A stretch of 64,000 nucleotides of DNA. Source: Guillardia theta CCMP2712. Taxonomy: Eukaryota; Protista; Cryptophyta. The stretch is from assembly GCF_000315625.1 (NCBI RefSeq), contig NW_005434662.1, positions 83,252 to 147,251 on the forward strand, given 5' to 3'. Both the position numbers and the translations under genes were made by a program. A model generated the notes under the pieces. That model searched no databases, was not told where the DNA came from, and saw only the letters and a program-made list of their open reading frames with translations. Positions 63,255 through 64,000 of this stretch are shown in pieces. Positions within the stretch are counted from its first letter, which is position 1. Every line of letters begins with the position of its first letter.

Positions 63255-63865
63255 GACCAGGGGTATATGGCCTCCGTGATCAGCTCACAGGGGATCGGAG
63301 AACGAGGAGGGACGGGTGGTTGATAGTCTTGATGAAATTGAAAGGGTGGGGTGGGTCCGGGACTTGAAGGGATGTGAGTTTGATGCTGCCTCAAATCGCT
63401 GACGCAAGGGTGGGTAAAGGATACAGTGCTGATTGACGGAATGGAGGCCATATTCAAATATCAATATTTGAAATTTTAAAGTTTAGAAGAAAAAGTATGT
63501 GGAGCCTCAAATTCTAATTCTGAGAGCCTCATATTGAAGAAGGCAGTGGAAGTTTTTTGGTTACATATCCTAAGGGTGGTGGGGGGAGCCACGGGTCCTT
63601 CTGTGTTTTTCAGGGGGTACTGAGTCATATTCAACACTGATTCTGTCCCAAGGGGTGGTCATTTGCGGTAGTATCATTTGCTGTTGACGTGGGTAGGGTG
63701 TTGCTGTGGTAGGGTAGTAATTTGGTCATCAGGCGATGGAGGGGTGTTTAGATAAGAAATTTAGCTCAAAGTAGAACCGGTACCATCATTTTGTGGGGGT
63801 AGGGGTGAAATTACTGAAGGAAGGGCTGAATTATGGAGGGGAGGTGGGAGGGTGGGTGGGTAAAA
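63255..63865 (+). other. GGGT-polarised intergenic tract
   Basis: Many GGGT/GGGGT words on +. Confidence 0.6.
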
Positions 63866-64000
63866 CGTACTGCTATGCAGCGTTGATAGAACACATTTGT
63901 ATCGAGAGGTGGAGAATGTGAGAGTGAAGAGGAGGAGCGGAGAGAAGAGGAATGTAAAGAAGAGAAGAAAAGATGTGTACACGACAAGACGAGCAGATTA

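Overview
Gene-dense, intron-rich eukaryotic nuclear DNA. Short 45-55 nt introns, GA/CT-microsatellite introns and an algal-type gene set suggest a flagellated alga, possibly a cryptophyte such as Guillardia (inference, not a database result). Recognisable genes: a SETD3/LSMT-type SET methyltransferase, a TKL kinase, GLTP, LEO1, a secretory-pathway SAM methyltransferase ending in LDEL, proteasome ATPase RPT2, a type II NADH dehydrogenase, a secreted EF-hand protein, a heat-shock factor, a golgin-like coiled-coil protein and several unknown genes. Four observations stand out. (1) A ~13 kb, apparently full-length but very divergent dynein heavy chain whose AAA1 catalytic motifs are lost, encoded mostly by one ~8.5 kb exon. 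(2) A recurring intergenic architecture of six GC/palindrome-rich islands sharing TGACTC-type words and a TTAACTTTGAG..TTACTCAA hairpin family, plus eight non-tandem, strand-polarised GGGT/ACCC tracts upstream of genes. (3) A 380-bp PIF/Harbinger (Tourist)-like MITE with a TGA target-site duplication. (4) A 1-nt deficit in the RPT2 Walker B exon. Exon boundaries were read by eye, so the ends of multi-exon genes are approximate.
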